A stretch of 64,000 nucleotides of DNA from Callorhinchus milii (taxonomy: Eukaryota). The stretch spans positions 111,850,001 through 111,914,000 of the forward strand of contig NW_024704742.1 in assembly GCF_018977255.1 (NCBI RefSeq), given 5' to 3'. This document shows positions 38,203 through 52,304 of this stretch, piece after piece. The number at the start of each line of letters is the position of its first letter. Positions within the stretch are counted from its first letter, which is position 1. Below the pieces are notes generated by a model that saw only the letters and a program-made list of their open reading frames with translations, searched no databases and was not told the origin of the DNA. Made by a program: the position numbers and the translations under genes.

Positions 38203-38580
38203 TTTTCGTATCCTGAAGTTGCTGACTCATGTTGGAGTATGATTCCAGAGGAGCCATTCTTCCTGCATGAAGCCAGACAGTGAATGTCTGTTTGTCCTTG
38301 GAAGACATCACAGCCAAGTCTAATGCAGTTCTTATTCGATGTCTAGATGCGCACATTCCAGTACGGGAGGAAGCACTGTTTAGTGATCAGGGAGCAAGAA
38401 CACTGGTTGATTTTTCTCACCCTGGCCAAGGGCACTGAGACAAATAATACAATGTTCTAAATACTGTCCTGGCTTAATATTAATTAACTCAGCACATACT
38501 AGGGTCAAACCTGGTAGCTTCCTGGTCTGTCTAACTCAGTTTCACTCCAGGAAATGGTTTTACCCACGGAACTATTGGAA
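38203..38580 (-). mobile_element. AmnSINE2-like SINE, near full length, decayed
   Basis: Reverse-collinear with the + strand copies (CTGAAGTTGCTGACTC...GCCATTCTTC...GATCAGGGAGCAAGAAC...GGGCACTGAG...AACTCAGCACA...CTTCCTGGTCTG). Confidence 0.65.
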
Positions 38581-39004
38581 GACTCTTGGCTATCAATTCA
38601 TGTTCAGTGTTCACCTCATACATAAATGATAAATTTGCACTTGTGGCATAGTAGATGAAATTGAGCTAATTAAATAGTTGTGCATTTATGTTGATACTGT
38701 GCTGGAAAACCTAACTTGAACTAGATTTGACATATATGTTTTATAAACACTGATTGAAGTAAATAACACCCACTCCTCTTTTTGTAGAAACAAGAAATGT
38801 TTGTGAATATTTATGAGACCCTTCTTCATAAATGTCATCAAAACTAATCACTATAAAGTAAAGATCCGTTGCAATTACAAAATTTAGATATAGCACACTA
38901 GAAAATGTGTCCCTTGTAAATTTCTAATCTCTGCTTCGATTAATTAAATGTGACCAATTCCAGCTGATATTAAAAACAAAAAACAGCGATGGAGCAATAT
39001 AGTT

Positions 39005-39135
39005 GTTTTTTTCTTCCAGTTTTCTTCCTTTGATTTCTGAAGTTGTTAACTCATGCTGTGGATCATTTCTAAGGGCAGCGGCCAACCTTCTTTATCTCGT
39101 CCAAAATGGCATCTTTCATGTCAGAGCCTATACAC
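39005..39135 (-). mobile_element. AmnSINE2-like 3' fragment
   Basis: CTGAAGTTGTTAACTCATGCTG...CCAAAATGGCATCTTTCATGT resembles the start of the 38203 copy. Confidence 0.5.
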
Positions 39136-40129
39136 ATTCTAGGTTTGAGCTATATATTGTTGTGGAGATATGCTCGAGAGTAGCCATAGTGCGGTTTGTA
39201 CAACTGTTCACATCCACATTCTCAAAGAGTAGTACTAGATTTTAAAGAGCCTCAGATTTGGGGCCCCAAGTGTGACTGTAGCTCTGTATCTGTAACAAAT
39301 CAGGTAAGACAGCACCACAGTGGGTACGTATGTCAGTGGTTCTCTAAGGATTAATTGTTGGAAATACCTGTAGTGTAAAAATAACATGGCTCCTAACATC
39401 CATGTATGTTTCTTTGGCATCAAAAGGGAAACAACTAATTCTGGGAATCCAATATAAAATGGAAGGTGCTGGAAATGCACAGCAAGATCGATCAGAATCT
39501 TTACATCATTCTTCAGATTTAGAATTGTGGTACGTGTTGGTTGTAGGAAGCATCCAAAGCCATAGGTGGCACTTAAACTAAAAGCACACTCCTCATTCAG
39601 CATGTGATTGAAGCTTGCTGACTGTATCAATGAGAGTAGAGCATCTTAATGAATCAGATACTCAAGAGCTCAGTCATGTGGTTTGAGGTGAAGGGATCCG
39701 GATTGGATCTCTTCTTTATACATTAGTAAGGCATACAGTTTCCGCACTGGTAAGGGTATGACCTTTTTGTCTTTGACAGAAGCCAGAGTATATGGATATT
39801 GTTCCATCAAAGTCTCTCATTTCTGTACTCTCATTTTTCTCATTTACCTCGAGACTGTTACTCTATACCATTAAGAAAGGGTAATAATCTTTGGGAGAAA
39901 GTCCACATTTTATCATTATGGATTATATAACCTCAATAAAACTATGCCTCTGATGTGTTTACTGGTTAGTGAGTGTGGGGGTGGGGGTGGTGGTACCATT
40001 GTTTCCTTCTCTCCTTCCCGCTTTCCTTCTCTCTGATTGCATTTGGGGTGTGGTCTTCAGATGTCAGTCACCCACCAGTATCTCACCCACCCATCCAATT
40101 CCTCATGGACCTGAGGACTCGTAGACGAC

Positions 40130-40356
40130 TCAGCTTGAGGGAGCACCATAGCCCTACCCCAATCCTGTCCTCACCCACATTTGCACACATACACCTTCCA
40201 GCAAAGGTTGTTGGATCGTAATCAGCAATTGGAACCTAGAATAGTTTTTCTCCATTCTAACCTGAGGCGTTGAGACCAATTCTCACACTCCTATTGCTGC
40301 CCGGTTTCAATTTGTTGTTATGAGACTTCCCAATGCATTTACCCACTGCACCATCG
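40130..40356 (-). mobile_element. AmnSINE2-like fragment
   Basis: CCCAATCCTGTCCTCACCC...TTCCAGCA...TTGAGACCAATT...GCATTTACCCACTGCACCATC. Confidence 0.6.
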
Positions 40357-40870
40357 AAACCACTTTAATTTTTTTTAATAAACATTTGCTATAATTACCT
40401 TTGCCTTAGCAGCCCTGTGAGACCTAGAAGTAACTTTCACACTATTAATACAGTTATATTAGTTGGCAGTGTGAAAGGTCACTTTAATATATTCACTACA
40501 AGCTATAAAGAATCCATGAGCTCTGCAAAACGGCACATTAATGACTGCATTAGTAATTAAGATGCCACAGAGAAAGTTTTAAAAGTCAGCTTTGCAAAAG
40601 TTAAAATAACTTTAAATCTGTATTTCTCTGGTCTCCAGTATTTATTTTTAATTTTAAGAGTGCTCATTAAAATATTGAGCTCCTTGTATAACTGCTTTTT
40701 CATAGAATGAAGGTTTAAATAACAAAATGTTTGTATTTCATTCATATATCGCTTTATCATGGTCAAAGTTGCCTATCACCAAGAAACCAAATTTTATATG
40801 AGCACATAGCTTATTTGAACCGATTGAGGATTAAAAAATTGTGAGTTGTATTTTCTCTTCTTCCTATCCT

Positions 40871-40998
40871 TCGCCAACAAAATATACAGTCAATTCACCT
40901 GACAGTACATTCTGTGAAGCATTTTGAGAAGTGTCGAAGACGTGATAAGGCTCTATATCAAATGCAAGGATTATTATTATCATTATTATTATTATTAT
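40871..40998 (+). mobile_element. SINE 3' tail fragment
   Basis: AAATATACAGTCAATTCAC...GTGAAGC...TATATCAAATGCAAGG(ATT)n as in the 35171 family. Confidence 0.8.
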
Positions 40999-42188
40999 CC
41001 TCTGAGTGTTACTTGCGTCTTGCACAAGTAATTATGTACAAATCTGCTTATTTCACTGCTCCACCTGGATGTCTATCTCAAATAATAAGATATATCCCCT
41101 ATGGTTGGTGGTAGCGGTTTCATTCATTTTAAGTAGACTACTGTCCAGCTAATCTATTTTTCAGTTCTGAAGGTGGTCCTTGTATCTGCCCATGCTAATA
41201 GACCTAATGATCATCTAACTGGCTGTGTAGGTTAGCACTAACATCCAAAGAGAGAAATCATTAATGACTTACTTCCTTCCGCTGATCCCTCACATTGGTT
41301 ATTACATTTGGATGGCTGGTACTTGCAATTATTGCCAAGTTGATGATCAGCTTCAAACACTGCCAATACTGCCAGTAATCCTGGTTAATGCTGGCAGAAC
41401 AAGTTAACCCAAAGTGTGCTGAGTCAGAAATCTCAGGTACCCTTTGTTTCTATATTTTAATTTATATCTGATAGAAATGTTAAGCTGACTCAACGAATGT
41501 CTGGATAATAAAACCATTTTCATTCAGTTGTTAGTAAATTGTTTTATCTTCAGAACGACACTGAATGTTTGGGACATTTCTTTTCTTTTTGCAGAGGCTC
41601 ATTATTTTAATGACCATTCCTGATGTATAAAAATATGCAGCTTTAAAGCAATATTGAACAATTGTAGAGCAAGCCTTTTTTTGTGTAGGTTTAATTTTAA
41701 AGCTGTCCAGCTGCATTTAAGCCAGGCTGTGTGTGTCCACATGAGTTTTGGATGATTTCACATGTAGTGTTGAAGTGGACCCTGGTCTCTAGAATTCCTC
41801 GAGATATTTCACAAGTCAAATCTGCAAGGCTTTTGCAGGTTTCTTTTAACAGTGACATTTTTTTCACAAAGCACCCAAGGATTTTTCTGTCATTCTGTTC
41901 TGCGTACGGAGAAGATAATGATGATTATAGAGAGAATGCCCCTCCTGACCTTTCTATGTGCAAAACAACCTTAAGGAAGAGATGTGGTTAAAAGACAATT
42001 TTTCAATACGGCGATTGTGGATAGATGTTTGTAAAATCTGTATCAGATTGCTTGGTGTCTGCCTACACAAAGCTGAGGTATTGTAAAGCTGGTACAATAT
42101 TTATATATAAAGCACAAGTAGATGCAGTGAAGTATTGCCTTCCTGAATGTGAAGCTGGAGTGTAATATTGTGTTGTGTTGTTAGACCG

Positions 42189-42352
42189 TAAGACATAGGA
42201 GCAGGAGTAGGCCATTCAGCCCCTCGAGCCTGCCCCGCCATTTAATAAGATCATGGCTGATGTTCTAACCTAATTCCATTTACCCGCCCAATCCCCACAT
42301 CCCTTAATCCCTCTATCCTTTAGATATCTATCAACCTCAGTCTTGAATATGT
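42189..42352 (-). mobile_element. CR1-type LINE 3' end
   Basis: TAAGACATAGGAGCAGGAGTAGGCCATTCAGCCCCTCGAGCCTG...AAGATCATGGCTGAT. Confidence 0.85.
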
Positions 42353-43087
42353 AATCTTATCAACCTCAGTCTTGAATATGTGTTTGAATTTGTTCCATGT
42401 TGTTGCCCATTATAGAATCAAAACAAGTCGATAGACTGATGAAAGATACTATACAGCTCTCAAATGATCAGGTACTGCATTCATGAGAGCTAAACCCTAA
42501 ATACTATATCCTTTTTAAAAAAAAGTCTAATCATGTACAATTGACTATCAGAAGCATCTCATTTCAAATTACGACTAATGTCTGCTTTGCACCAGGAAGA
42601 AAAGCCCAGGGTGAAGTTGCTTTAATGTACAGCTGCATGAGAAATGGGTACCCCACTGATCAGCAGTCCGCAAGCACCTCTGAGGACCTGTTTACATTGA
42701 GAATGTGTTTCACTCACGTTTGGATGGCTCTGACTGACTGTACTCATGCAGCCGTTACACTATCCCCTGCTGTCATGATTCGTTTCTGCTTGATATCTGC
42801 GCTGGGCTGCTCTTTGAGGCAGAAAATCACAGGAAATTTGCATTAGGCTCTCTGTACCAGACCGATTCAAATCCACTGTTTCATGAATCATAGCTGTCTC
42901 CAGAGGTAACATCTAAACTTGAGAGATTACTGCAAATTAAAATACAAGTAGGAAATTTTATCTCACATCCACACAGAGTCGTTTTTACCACAAATCGTTT
43001 ACAAAGGGGCACAAAGGTGAATATGGAACTATAATACAACCAGGGCCTGAATGAACAGATATGATGTTTCCACAAGAGACAAACTAT

Positions 43088-43300
43088 ATTTTGGAACTCA
43101 ATCCCAGAGTCCCTCCACCTTTCCACCTCCTTCTACACCATCAAAACCCACCTTAAGACCCATCTTCCTTCTATGGCACTTTCGGCTATCTTTACCCCTC
43201 TTGGCCTCTCCCATTCAGCTTGGGCTCCCCGTCAATCTTGTGATACACTTTGATATATCCAACCAACATGATAAGTAGTATATAAATGTAAATTGTTGTA
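43088..43300 (+). mobile_element. Decayed L2 3' end
   Basis: TGGAACTCAATCCC...AAAACCCACCTTAAGACCCATCTTCC followed by a degraded tail and TATATAAATGTAAATTGTTGT. Confidence 0.65.
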
Positions 43301-44009
43301 TGATTTATTTTGTGGATGGTGATAATTCGACAGTTAAGGAACATGACAATTGAATGCAGTGAAAATAAGATGAAAAGCAAGCGGTGATTGTCACTTAACT
43401 GCATGGCAGGACACATTTCAGAACACGTTATCTTAAGGTGATTTTGAAAGAGATTTCTTAATAAGGGATCCGAGTCACAAAATGACAATTCTCACAAATG
43501 ACGATTCCTTCCGATAACAGGAAGCACGACACATCGCCCCACAGGAAATCTGCTCCAATCTATTCTGTCAGTTGTGAAGCCCTAGCAGTTACCTCAGCTA
43601 AGATCAGCTAATCAGGAATTAAACTTGCAAATATTTGGTTTATATGGTTCAGTGTGTGTGGGGGGAGTGGAAGGTGGGGAGTTGCTTTGGCTCACTTGAC
43701 CATCGGGGAGTCTTATTTTATTGACTTTTCTTTTGATCAGTAATAGCATTTGTAGTAAACATATGCTGCCATGAGAATGATACTGAAGTCTGAACATTTG
43801 AAGATTTCAGAAATGGCATTCCACATGTAAAGCCCAGATACTTCTCTCAAACCTGCCTAGGAGTTTTTACTTTCCTATTTACACAATAAGGTTTTTTTAT
43901 TTTTAATAACTTTTATTCCATTGTGTCCTAGATTCATATTGATTCATGTTGAGGATTGTCCTGCAGATATCATCAGTATTCCAGTGGATTGCCAAAGTGA
44001 CTATTTTTC

Positions 44010-44290
44010 GTGTCTAAGTGCAGACAGTGTCAGCAGGCTCCCAGTTGTTAGGGGGAGGGGTGCGGATAGTCACAGCGGAGCTCAATCTTATCCTCAGCCA
44101 ACATTTGCAATTTCCAGCAGAGGCTTGTGATTACGAGCAGGAGCTCCCATTGATTGATATATCCTGGGAATGCCAATTGTAGTGGCAAACGCTACTACTA
44201 CTTTGCCTGGGGTTAACTGTCAGTATGGACTAAATCTGGCTGCGTTGTATGGCTCAGTACCATGCTGTACGGGCTGCTAAACCATCAAGG
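44010..44290 (-). mobile_element. AmnSINE2-like fragment, decayed
   Basis: GACAGTGTCAGCAGGCT...CAATCTTATCCTCA...TTTCCAGCAG...GCCAATTGTAGTG...GGCTCAGTACCA. Confidence 0.55.
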
Positions 44291-45354
44291 GCGACGAGTG
44301 GGAATTTCGATCAGAAACATCAATGGTTTCTAAATGTTCAGATTTGAAAAAAGGATTTGTGGTGAATCCTGCATGTACCCAGCCGTGTGCCTCTGGAACT
44401 CCACTCAGAGCCTGATCTCAATTTCAATTTTTACATTGCCATCTTGGCACTAACAACTCATCATCTTTCAAGCAGAGAGTTCCAAATTCCTTATCACAAA
44501 TCCTTTAAAAATCCTGCAATTTAGACCCAATTGTGATCTTTCACTTTTGCAGCTAATGCCTGTTGTTATAATACAATGGTTTCCTAACAGCTGACAGTGC
44601 CAGGTGTGAAAGAAAAATACCCTACTTACTCATTAACCTGTCACCCTATACTTTTCTGTATTAATTAAATTTAGAAGAGAACAAATAGATGATAAAAGAA
44701 TAAGGATACTCGGGGCAGAACTCCACCTCTTCCACTAAAACTGATGAGTAGCTGTGGGATTTCTTGTGGGTCAGAGAGAAAAAAATATTCTTGTGCATTC
44801 AGATTGCTTTGGGTCTTTACTCATTCCATGCCCCCAAAGTGACTTTTATCAAAAAGGACTGTTTATGTGGGGTACTGCAGTAAAACAGATTCAGACGGTT
44901 TCTACTGTGAGAAGGAAGTGGAGAGTTTTGGTTCCCATTTTGCACTTCTGGAACAGTTTAGGGAAGGAAGCACCTTTACACCTTTTATTGTTAGTGGTTG
45001 GTGACATCATATCCTTCCGCGACCACTCTGTGCGTGTTTCCTGCCATTCTGTAGGGCCTGAGCTATATTATAGGAGAGAGAGAGAGATCTACAGCAGCTG
45101 TCCACAATCCTTCTTCCTAATTCACAGTCAAACCACTCTTCCTCCAGCATGCTGCTTGTGCCAAATCATACACTGGTGTGAAGCCCGCCAAAATGAAGTT
45201 CCCTTTTCTTCAGCTACAGTACCAGATTTTTTAATTCCTGTCTTGTGCAAGTAACACAGCTGAAAACAGTTTCTGTCCACAGTGCTGGCAATTAACCCAT
45301 TCATCACCCTCCAAAAAACTCGTCTTAATTGAGACAATGGATTATAGACTGAGG

Positions 45355-45492
45355 AAAGCCAATGTTAAATAGTTATAACATCTAGAAGACATGAAAAAGC
45401 GCTATATCAATGTTAAAGCCAATGTTGAATAGTTATAACCTCTAGAAGAGATGAAAACGAGCTATATCAAATGCAAGGATTATTATTATTAT
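45355..45492 (+). mobile_element. SINE/L2 tail remnant inside a ~60-bp tandem duplication
   Basis: AAAGCCAATGTT(A/G)AATAGTTATAAC(A/C)TCTAGAAGA...GCTATATCAA occurs twice, then ATGCAAGG(ATT)n. Confidence 0.75.
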
Positions 45493-47074
45493 AACCAATA
45501 ATTTTGGCTTTTACAAGTATTTAAAGGAAACCTGCATTTCTTCCATGCAGACGGAAAGTTGTTCATAATAGTGAATGGTTTAATACTCTTATCTTATAGA
45601 AGGTTATATTTGTAAATGATTCACCGATCTATCAAGTCAATAGGTTCATGCAGTTTGGTAAACAAACTACAGTTTGATTATTACAGGATAGATTTGAGGT
45701 TCCAGTGTAGTTTTACAAGTCTCACTTTGCACTCCTACTGTTAGAACCATTGTGAAACGCCAATATCTCTTAAAAAGGAGTTAAGTAGGCCTTTTCTGTA
45801 TTTTAAATTTTTAGCATATTTACAAGATGCTGACACTTAATGAAAGAATGTTTGTGAAATTCCTCATGTATACTCTAAATATATTTTAACTTTTCCTGGA
45901 GAATACTAAAGGATCTTAGCAATATTCTTTTGCTGCATTACGTTCATTTCCATACTCTTAAAGAATTACTGCATTTGAAATTGAAGAAGTGGCCTTATTG
46001 TTGCAAGACACTTAAATATGGGATATTTTCTGTAGCCTGGTGCTGTGGTTTTAATAGAAGCCAGATCCAGTAAAATGAAGGTACCCTTATGGCTAAGGGC
46101 TTTATTATTGTACTGACTGGCTTCATGTAGTGGAGCAGAATCGTACAAAGTAAACAACTCTTTTTGCTTGCGTCACAGTAGTTGTTATTGTATCTGTGAA
46201 TTCTGGAATGAAGAGAAGCTGCTTCGTGACCACAGCTCTTCAATCGGTTGCTTTCAGTACTAGTGGTAGTACTTACTGTTCCCCACATTGTGAGTGCAGC
46301 TGGCAGGGCAGATATGGGAAGTGGTGAACTGCTGGTGAATAGAACTTATGGAGCTTTGTGCACTATTTTCCACTTTGATATGAAAAAACTTGGTAAGGAT
46401 CTTCCGTACTTAACACATCGATTTGTTGGAAGAGTTATTGTGGTTTGTAGCTTAGCAATGCATTCTGTGAAGTGTACAGTGAAGTCTAAAGTTCAAACAG
46501 ATGTGCAAGATCTCTACTTACAATTGTTTAATAAACTGATCATTTCTTTGCAAAGTGCTACAACAACAACTTGCATTTATATAGCGCTCTTCACGCAGGG
46601 TAGCATCCTGGAGTGCTACAAAATTAATTTCACAGATCCATAGTTAATGTGAGTGGGCTAAATGTTTGCTAACCCAACGTGGTAGGACCAAAATAAATGT
46701 ACACCACATATGCGGTCTGAGAAGCACTGTTTAGCTGCAGGTGTTTATTTTATAAACTGGAAGCCATCACATGGCCTCTGATCACCTGCAGGGGCATTAG
46801 GATCCCCCAGAATGTTTTAATGTTGTGAAATTATATCTTTTATTTTATGGCACTAGTCTGTGGTGTACATAGAATGACTGCCAGGGGAGCAATAAAATCC
46901 TGGAAAATAATTCAACTTGAGATTTTTTTTTCTGACTCATAGGTTCCACCTTGCCGAAGTCTCACTGCGATTCATTTTCCTTTGTCCCATTTATCCAGAT
47001 CAGTTATTTTATACACATACCCATTCCTGTCATTTGCAAATGTCATCTAGATCTGTAATGTCACATGCGTGGTC

Positions 47075-47362
47075 ATAATTATAATAATGGTAATCCTTGC
47101 ATTTGATATAGCATCTTATCACATTGTTGAAACGTCTCAAAGCGCTTCACAGGACATACTGTAAAGTGGATTGACTGTGTATTTTGTAGGCGAAACGTGG
47201 CAGCCAGTTGGGCGGAGCAATGTCCCACAAACAGCCATGGAGTGAGTGACCAATTTTTTTTATTTTGGGGCATTGTTGGCCTCAACATGGGGAGAAACTC
47301 CCTTCTATTTTCGAATAGTGCCATGGGATCTTGAACATCCACCTGATCAGTTTAATGGGCCA
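47075..47362 (-). mobile_element. Deu-domain SINE, 3' two-thirds
   Basis: (TAA)n tail, stem-loop, GGCAGCCAGTTGGGC...GTCCCACAAACAG, then TTCGAATAGTGCCATGGGATCTTGAACATCCACCTGA. Confidence 0.8.
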
Positions 47363-50075
47363 CCTGAAGGAAGTAGTCATCCACTCCATGAACGGATAGT
47401 TTTATGGGTTTTTTTGCTAAAGTTTAATACATTTTTGTGGTACAGAGAGAAAAATGTGCATTAAACTATTGTGTACAGAAGTTACCTTACATACGAATGA
47501 TAATGACACAGTTTACATTCTGACTGCGATTCTTGATGCAACTTTTTTTAGTTAGCACTGGCTGACGTCCAATTATCTGCACTGTTTGGTTATCTGCAAA
47601 GGGACCAGTCCCAATTAGTGCAGTAAATCAGCTCTCCAGTGCATCAATAAGTGTTCATCAGTACAGTAACTGTTTTCAATATACCAAAATAAATCAAGAT
47701 TTTTACTGAATTTGCCTGGGCTTTTTTAATAAAATTCTCCCCCCGCCCCCCACGCACACACATACACAGACACACGCATACACTCTGATTTTCTCTCATT
47801 TTATGACACACAAAAAGACCCCCCCTTCACCACCTAAAAGAAACTTTTTATTTTGATAAAAGCGAAAAAGTGTTTTTTGATGTTCCTTAAACAAGTTGCA
47901 TCTCAGATAGGTCATTTAAAAATGTAGAGATATATGATCTGCAGGTGTTGTATTTGCAGTAGTAGGAAGATAAGTTTCTTAATCCAGAGACATAATTAAT
48001 CAACAACAACTGGCATTAATATAGTGCCCCTCACGCAGAGTAGAGTCCAAGAACGATGAATGCACCAACTTGGATAACGATACAACGGTGTTTATCAGAC
48101 TTTGCTAATCTGAGTATTTTAAAGATGAAACAGGCAACAGTTATAAATCTCTCAAGTTTATATCATCTGAAGCCTTTCACAGAATTGCTGCCTTAAAATG
48201 ATTCTGGCCTTTTAATTATTTCAGGAATAATCTTTACAGCTATCAGTGGACTGATGGCAGGTTCATGGACAAGCCTCCTGAACACAAGGATAGCTTTATT
48301 ATTGCTAACTCACTGAAATACATACACAATCCATCAATTTTAAATATAAATCAAACTTTTTCAAAAAATAATTGGCATATTGGAGAGAGTTCAAAGATGA
48401 GTGCCAGAGCTTAAATGGCTCCAGGTTATTAAGCAATACACACTGAACAAAAGTATTGGAGAAACGATTAGGAGGGCATGATGCTGAGATGTGTACATCA
48501 TGTATAGAACAATGGTACTTAACTTAGATTGTGAGCACAGCATTAGAAGATGGGACTACAAAATTAGGAAGCTTCAAACAAGTCTACAAACAAGAGTGGT
48601 GAATCAAACGCTCACCAAAAGCTGTCAATTTATTCAGTTTGATTAAAAAATATGTCCGAGTCTCTGGTTGGAACTAGGATTAAAGGCAACAAAGGTAAAT
48701 TCAGATTGAAAAAATAAATCATTCTCTAGAATGTAAACTGCTAGAATCCTAGAAATGTCATGACATAGAAAGTAGCTGAATTGAAAAATCTAGGTTAGAT
48801 GAACATTTTGGAGCTTCTCTTAATTACCTTTGGGGATCTTTGCAAAATCTCTCTTTAGGAGATTAAAATGAAAAAAGTCCACAACAGAGCAAATTGTTCA
48901 TGATTAATGGAAGTTAAGGCGAGATTGTTCATATTTCCTTATCAAGTACCTGCCATAAATATATTCTGTCCCCTCATTGATGTAGTTAAATTCCGTAAGT
49001 ATGTTAACGTTGTAACAATGAATGCACTGTGTGGTGGATTATTAAACAATTCTTAATCTGAAAATTAAACAAAAGGAAATAATTGAACTTTATTGATAAA
49101 GTATTTATGAGCCCTACTCGTAAGTAACTTTCTGCTCTATTCTGCAATTGTGTTTATCCTAAGGAGGTTTCATAATAAGTGAAGTTATTTTTACAGATTA
49201 CTGTAGGGTGAGGATAGGGTGCTGTTTCGCTATCTGTTTGTTTTGGGGGTATTACATTTTAAGTGGCTGTTACGATTATGTTTTGACTCCTGTGATGTGT
49301 AATGTCAGAGTTTGGTCAAGCATGAATTGTGATCATTGAATAATTGGAACTCTGCTCAGAAATAACTACAGTAAAAACAGCAGAGTAAATACACATCATG
49401 ATATCTGTATATAGAACAAAAACAGAAACGGGTCAGGAATATTGGCAGCGTTGCTATTTAAAGAGCGTGCGTCACTGTGAGAAGAGAATAGGGAGGGTGT
49501 TTGGTTTTAGTACGAACGTAAAGCAGAGCTCACTGCTGCATAACATCAATGTCTGTTGAGACTTATCCAATGCGGTTACAAAGTTTGAACCTCATCAGTA
49601 CATTCTTCATATAAAAGCTTCTATATAAAGTTATGCCTTTCAAATCATAACTGCTATAAAGAAACACTGATGGACTCAGTTCTGCTTCCATTTTGGTTTA
49701 TTTGAGTTTTTATTTATTATTTTCCCACAATATAGTCCTTTTATAGTGTGTGAAAAAAGAGACAAAATATGTGAATGGACTCATTTACAGTATGCCAAAG
49801 GGGATTTAAATTCTCACACTCTCCCTGATCCTTGATATCACTTTTTTAATTCCATGTCTCTTAAAAGGTCATGTAAACATCCCATCTTAAAAAGTTCTAT
49901 CATTTGGAACTTCTACAGCATTAATATTGGCCCCATCCCTCCCCCCCCCCCCAGATATTTCCACTTTGCTTGGAGCATGTAAAAACTCTCTCACACAATT
50001 GAAATGGAGTCTCAACAGTATTAATGTATTAAAAATTATCATTATCCAAATTGTTTCTATACAGTGCCACAGAAA

Positions 50076-50390
50076 GAAGTGTACAAAATTTTAAATGGGA
50101 TTGAAAATGTAAAGCCAGATCATTACTTTAGGATGCAACAAGACGGTAGAATAAGAAGACTTAGGTTTAGAATTGTAAAGGGGAATTTCAAGGCAGATAC
50201 CAGGAAGTTTTTCTTTATGTAGAGGTTAATCAACGACTGGAACAGGTTGCCAGGAAGGGTGGTTGAGGCCAGGACACTGGACTCATTTAAAAAGCTTCTT
50301 GATGCTGTAATGGGGTGAATGGTAGGTAGGCTGGGTGTTCTGGAAGAATGCGATCGGACATTCATTCAAAACGATCTTGTGATCCTTCCT
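50076..50390 (+). mobile_element. CR1 LINE ORF2 C-terminus plus 3' UTR
   Basis: 50076-50318 translates EVYKILNGIENV...RKFFFM*RLINDWNRLPGRVVEARTLDSFKKLLD, a typical CR1 ORF2 end with an internal stop. Confidence 0.9.
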
Positions 50391-52304
50391 AATCCTTCCA
50401 CCATCCAAAGAACATCAGTTTATGTTGGTACAGATTCATAAGGCAATATTGCTGTCATATGTAGTTGATTCCATATGCATTCCATATGCACCTATGGTGC
50501 ATTAACATATTGTCTTACCCCAGAGAAAGTCATTCAGAGTCTAATATTTTAATTTTTTCTTACCTGGGTGGGTACATTTTCAAACAGATGAATGTGCCCA
50601 CAGTAAATCTTGGAATTCTTGCTGCAGTAGGGATTCCTCACTTTTATTTCCTTTCATGTTGATAGGTATTTACTTGTTTTTACACGTTTACAAAATGAAA
50701 TTGCTGATATACACTGCCTCTGCTTTTGTGTTGCTGTTGGGGACATTTTGCATAATTTTTGTCGATTTTATTTCACTTGAGAATTTCTGCTGCAGAAATA
50801 CATTGATGAAATGTCAGTGTTAATATGCACTGTACATTTTTATAGACATTTACATAGCTAGAAGTAAGTTGCAAGGACTCAATCTCACTGAGACACAGTT
50901 TATCCCCAATTATCTGCTGCCATGAATCAGCTCTGTGATGGTGTTGGACTCTGTCAACTCATTTCCCCCATATTTGTTTGTATTTGCATAACAGAAAGAC
51001 ATATTTACCAATGAGTAGAGATATTTCTTGTGGTTTGTCTTAGATCATCTTGTGGTCATTTTCTGTTGAGAGCTCAGTCTCCCTTTCTGGAAGAATTGTT
51101 TACTCTACTTGCTGAAAACAGTTTTTTTAAATATATTTTGAACAACAAAGACATACTTTTTTAAATAAAAAACTGTTATTTAGAGATTAAATTAAAACCT
51201 TGAAACTCCTTACTGTGCTACTTTTCATAGAATGATACTGTCCTTTGTTTGGCACAGGGAAGTATTCCGTATTTTTTGCGCTGGTGACGCTTCACGTCCT
51301 TGATATGTGACGATATTCACAAAGAGATTAATATGTCTTATTGGACAGTATTTTACTGTGAGTTAGGATATTCGGTGAATAGTATGTGTTAGCTCACTAG
51401 CATTAAATACTTACCAATTATTGCCATTTATGATTGCATAAAATGTAAAAAGAGAGGGAGTATTGTTGTGGATATTGCCTGATCTTTGTATTTGCCAATT
51501 CAACTGTTAAATAGCTGCTTGTTTTGAAATACCAGACTTACAATTACAGCAGAGAAAATTAGATCCCAACTGCAAAAAAATTAGAAATCACCCATCAGTT
51601 CTGACATACTTTAGACAGTGTCTAACATACAGTAATATTATCCTCTGTGTAACTGTGCATAATTTTGAAGCGAACTACGTAGACAGCAAAGATTGAAAGA
51701 AGATTTGTTGAAGAGTACACTGACTTTTTATCCAACTATAAGTAGAGCTGCATGCCAATAAAAAAACAAAAACAATGCATCCATTCTAATAATATGTAGT
51801 AATTAATTGTGTATTTATGTCTTTCTGAGTAACTTTAAAATGTATGATTTCGATAGCACATTAAAAAAAAATTAGGAATGTATGTTTTGGATCACTTGAC
51901 ATCTCAAAACAGTCCTTCATGTTAGGTTCAAACATACCATTCAATAGCTGTTCACTCCAGTTGCTTTGCCTGGAAAAATCATGGATTAGGGAATTGCACT
52001 AGTGTTAAGTAAACTTAAGTATGATTTTTTTTAGATTGCTCCAAGGAACAAAATAAGTGATTGCTCTTTACCACAGATTTGCAAAATAACAGGAATAATA
52101 CTGAAATTAGAATTTTATCTGATGTTACCTGTAATCCAGGTTACACAAATCTTGTAAATTCGTTGCTGATGTTCTTATGTTTATGAAAGAAAGATATTGA
52201 AAGACATGACTTTTTTAAAAAATGTGGTGACGACTGATTCATCTGAGTGTTCTTAGAAATCACAAACTCGAACCCTTGGTTATTATGGTTTGCATTGCAT
52301 CTGT

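Noticed and set aside
47287..47300. ATGGGGAGAAA resembling a second MEF2 start
   Set aside because: Lies inside a SINE and diverges after a few codons.
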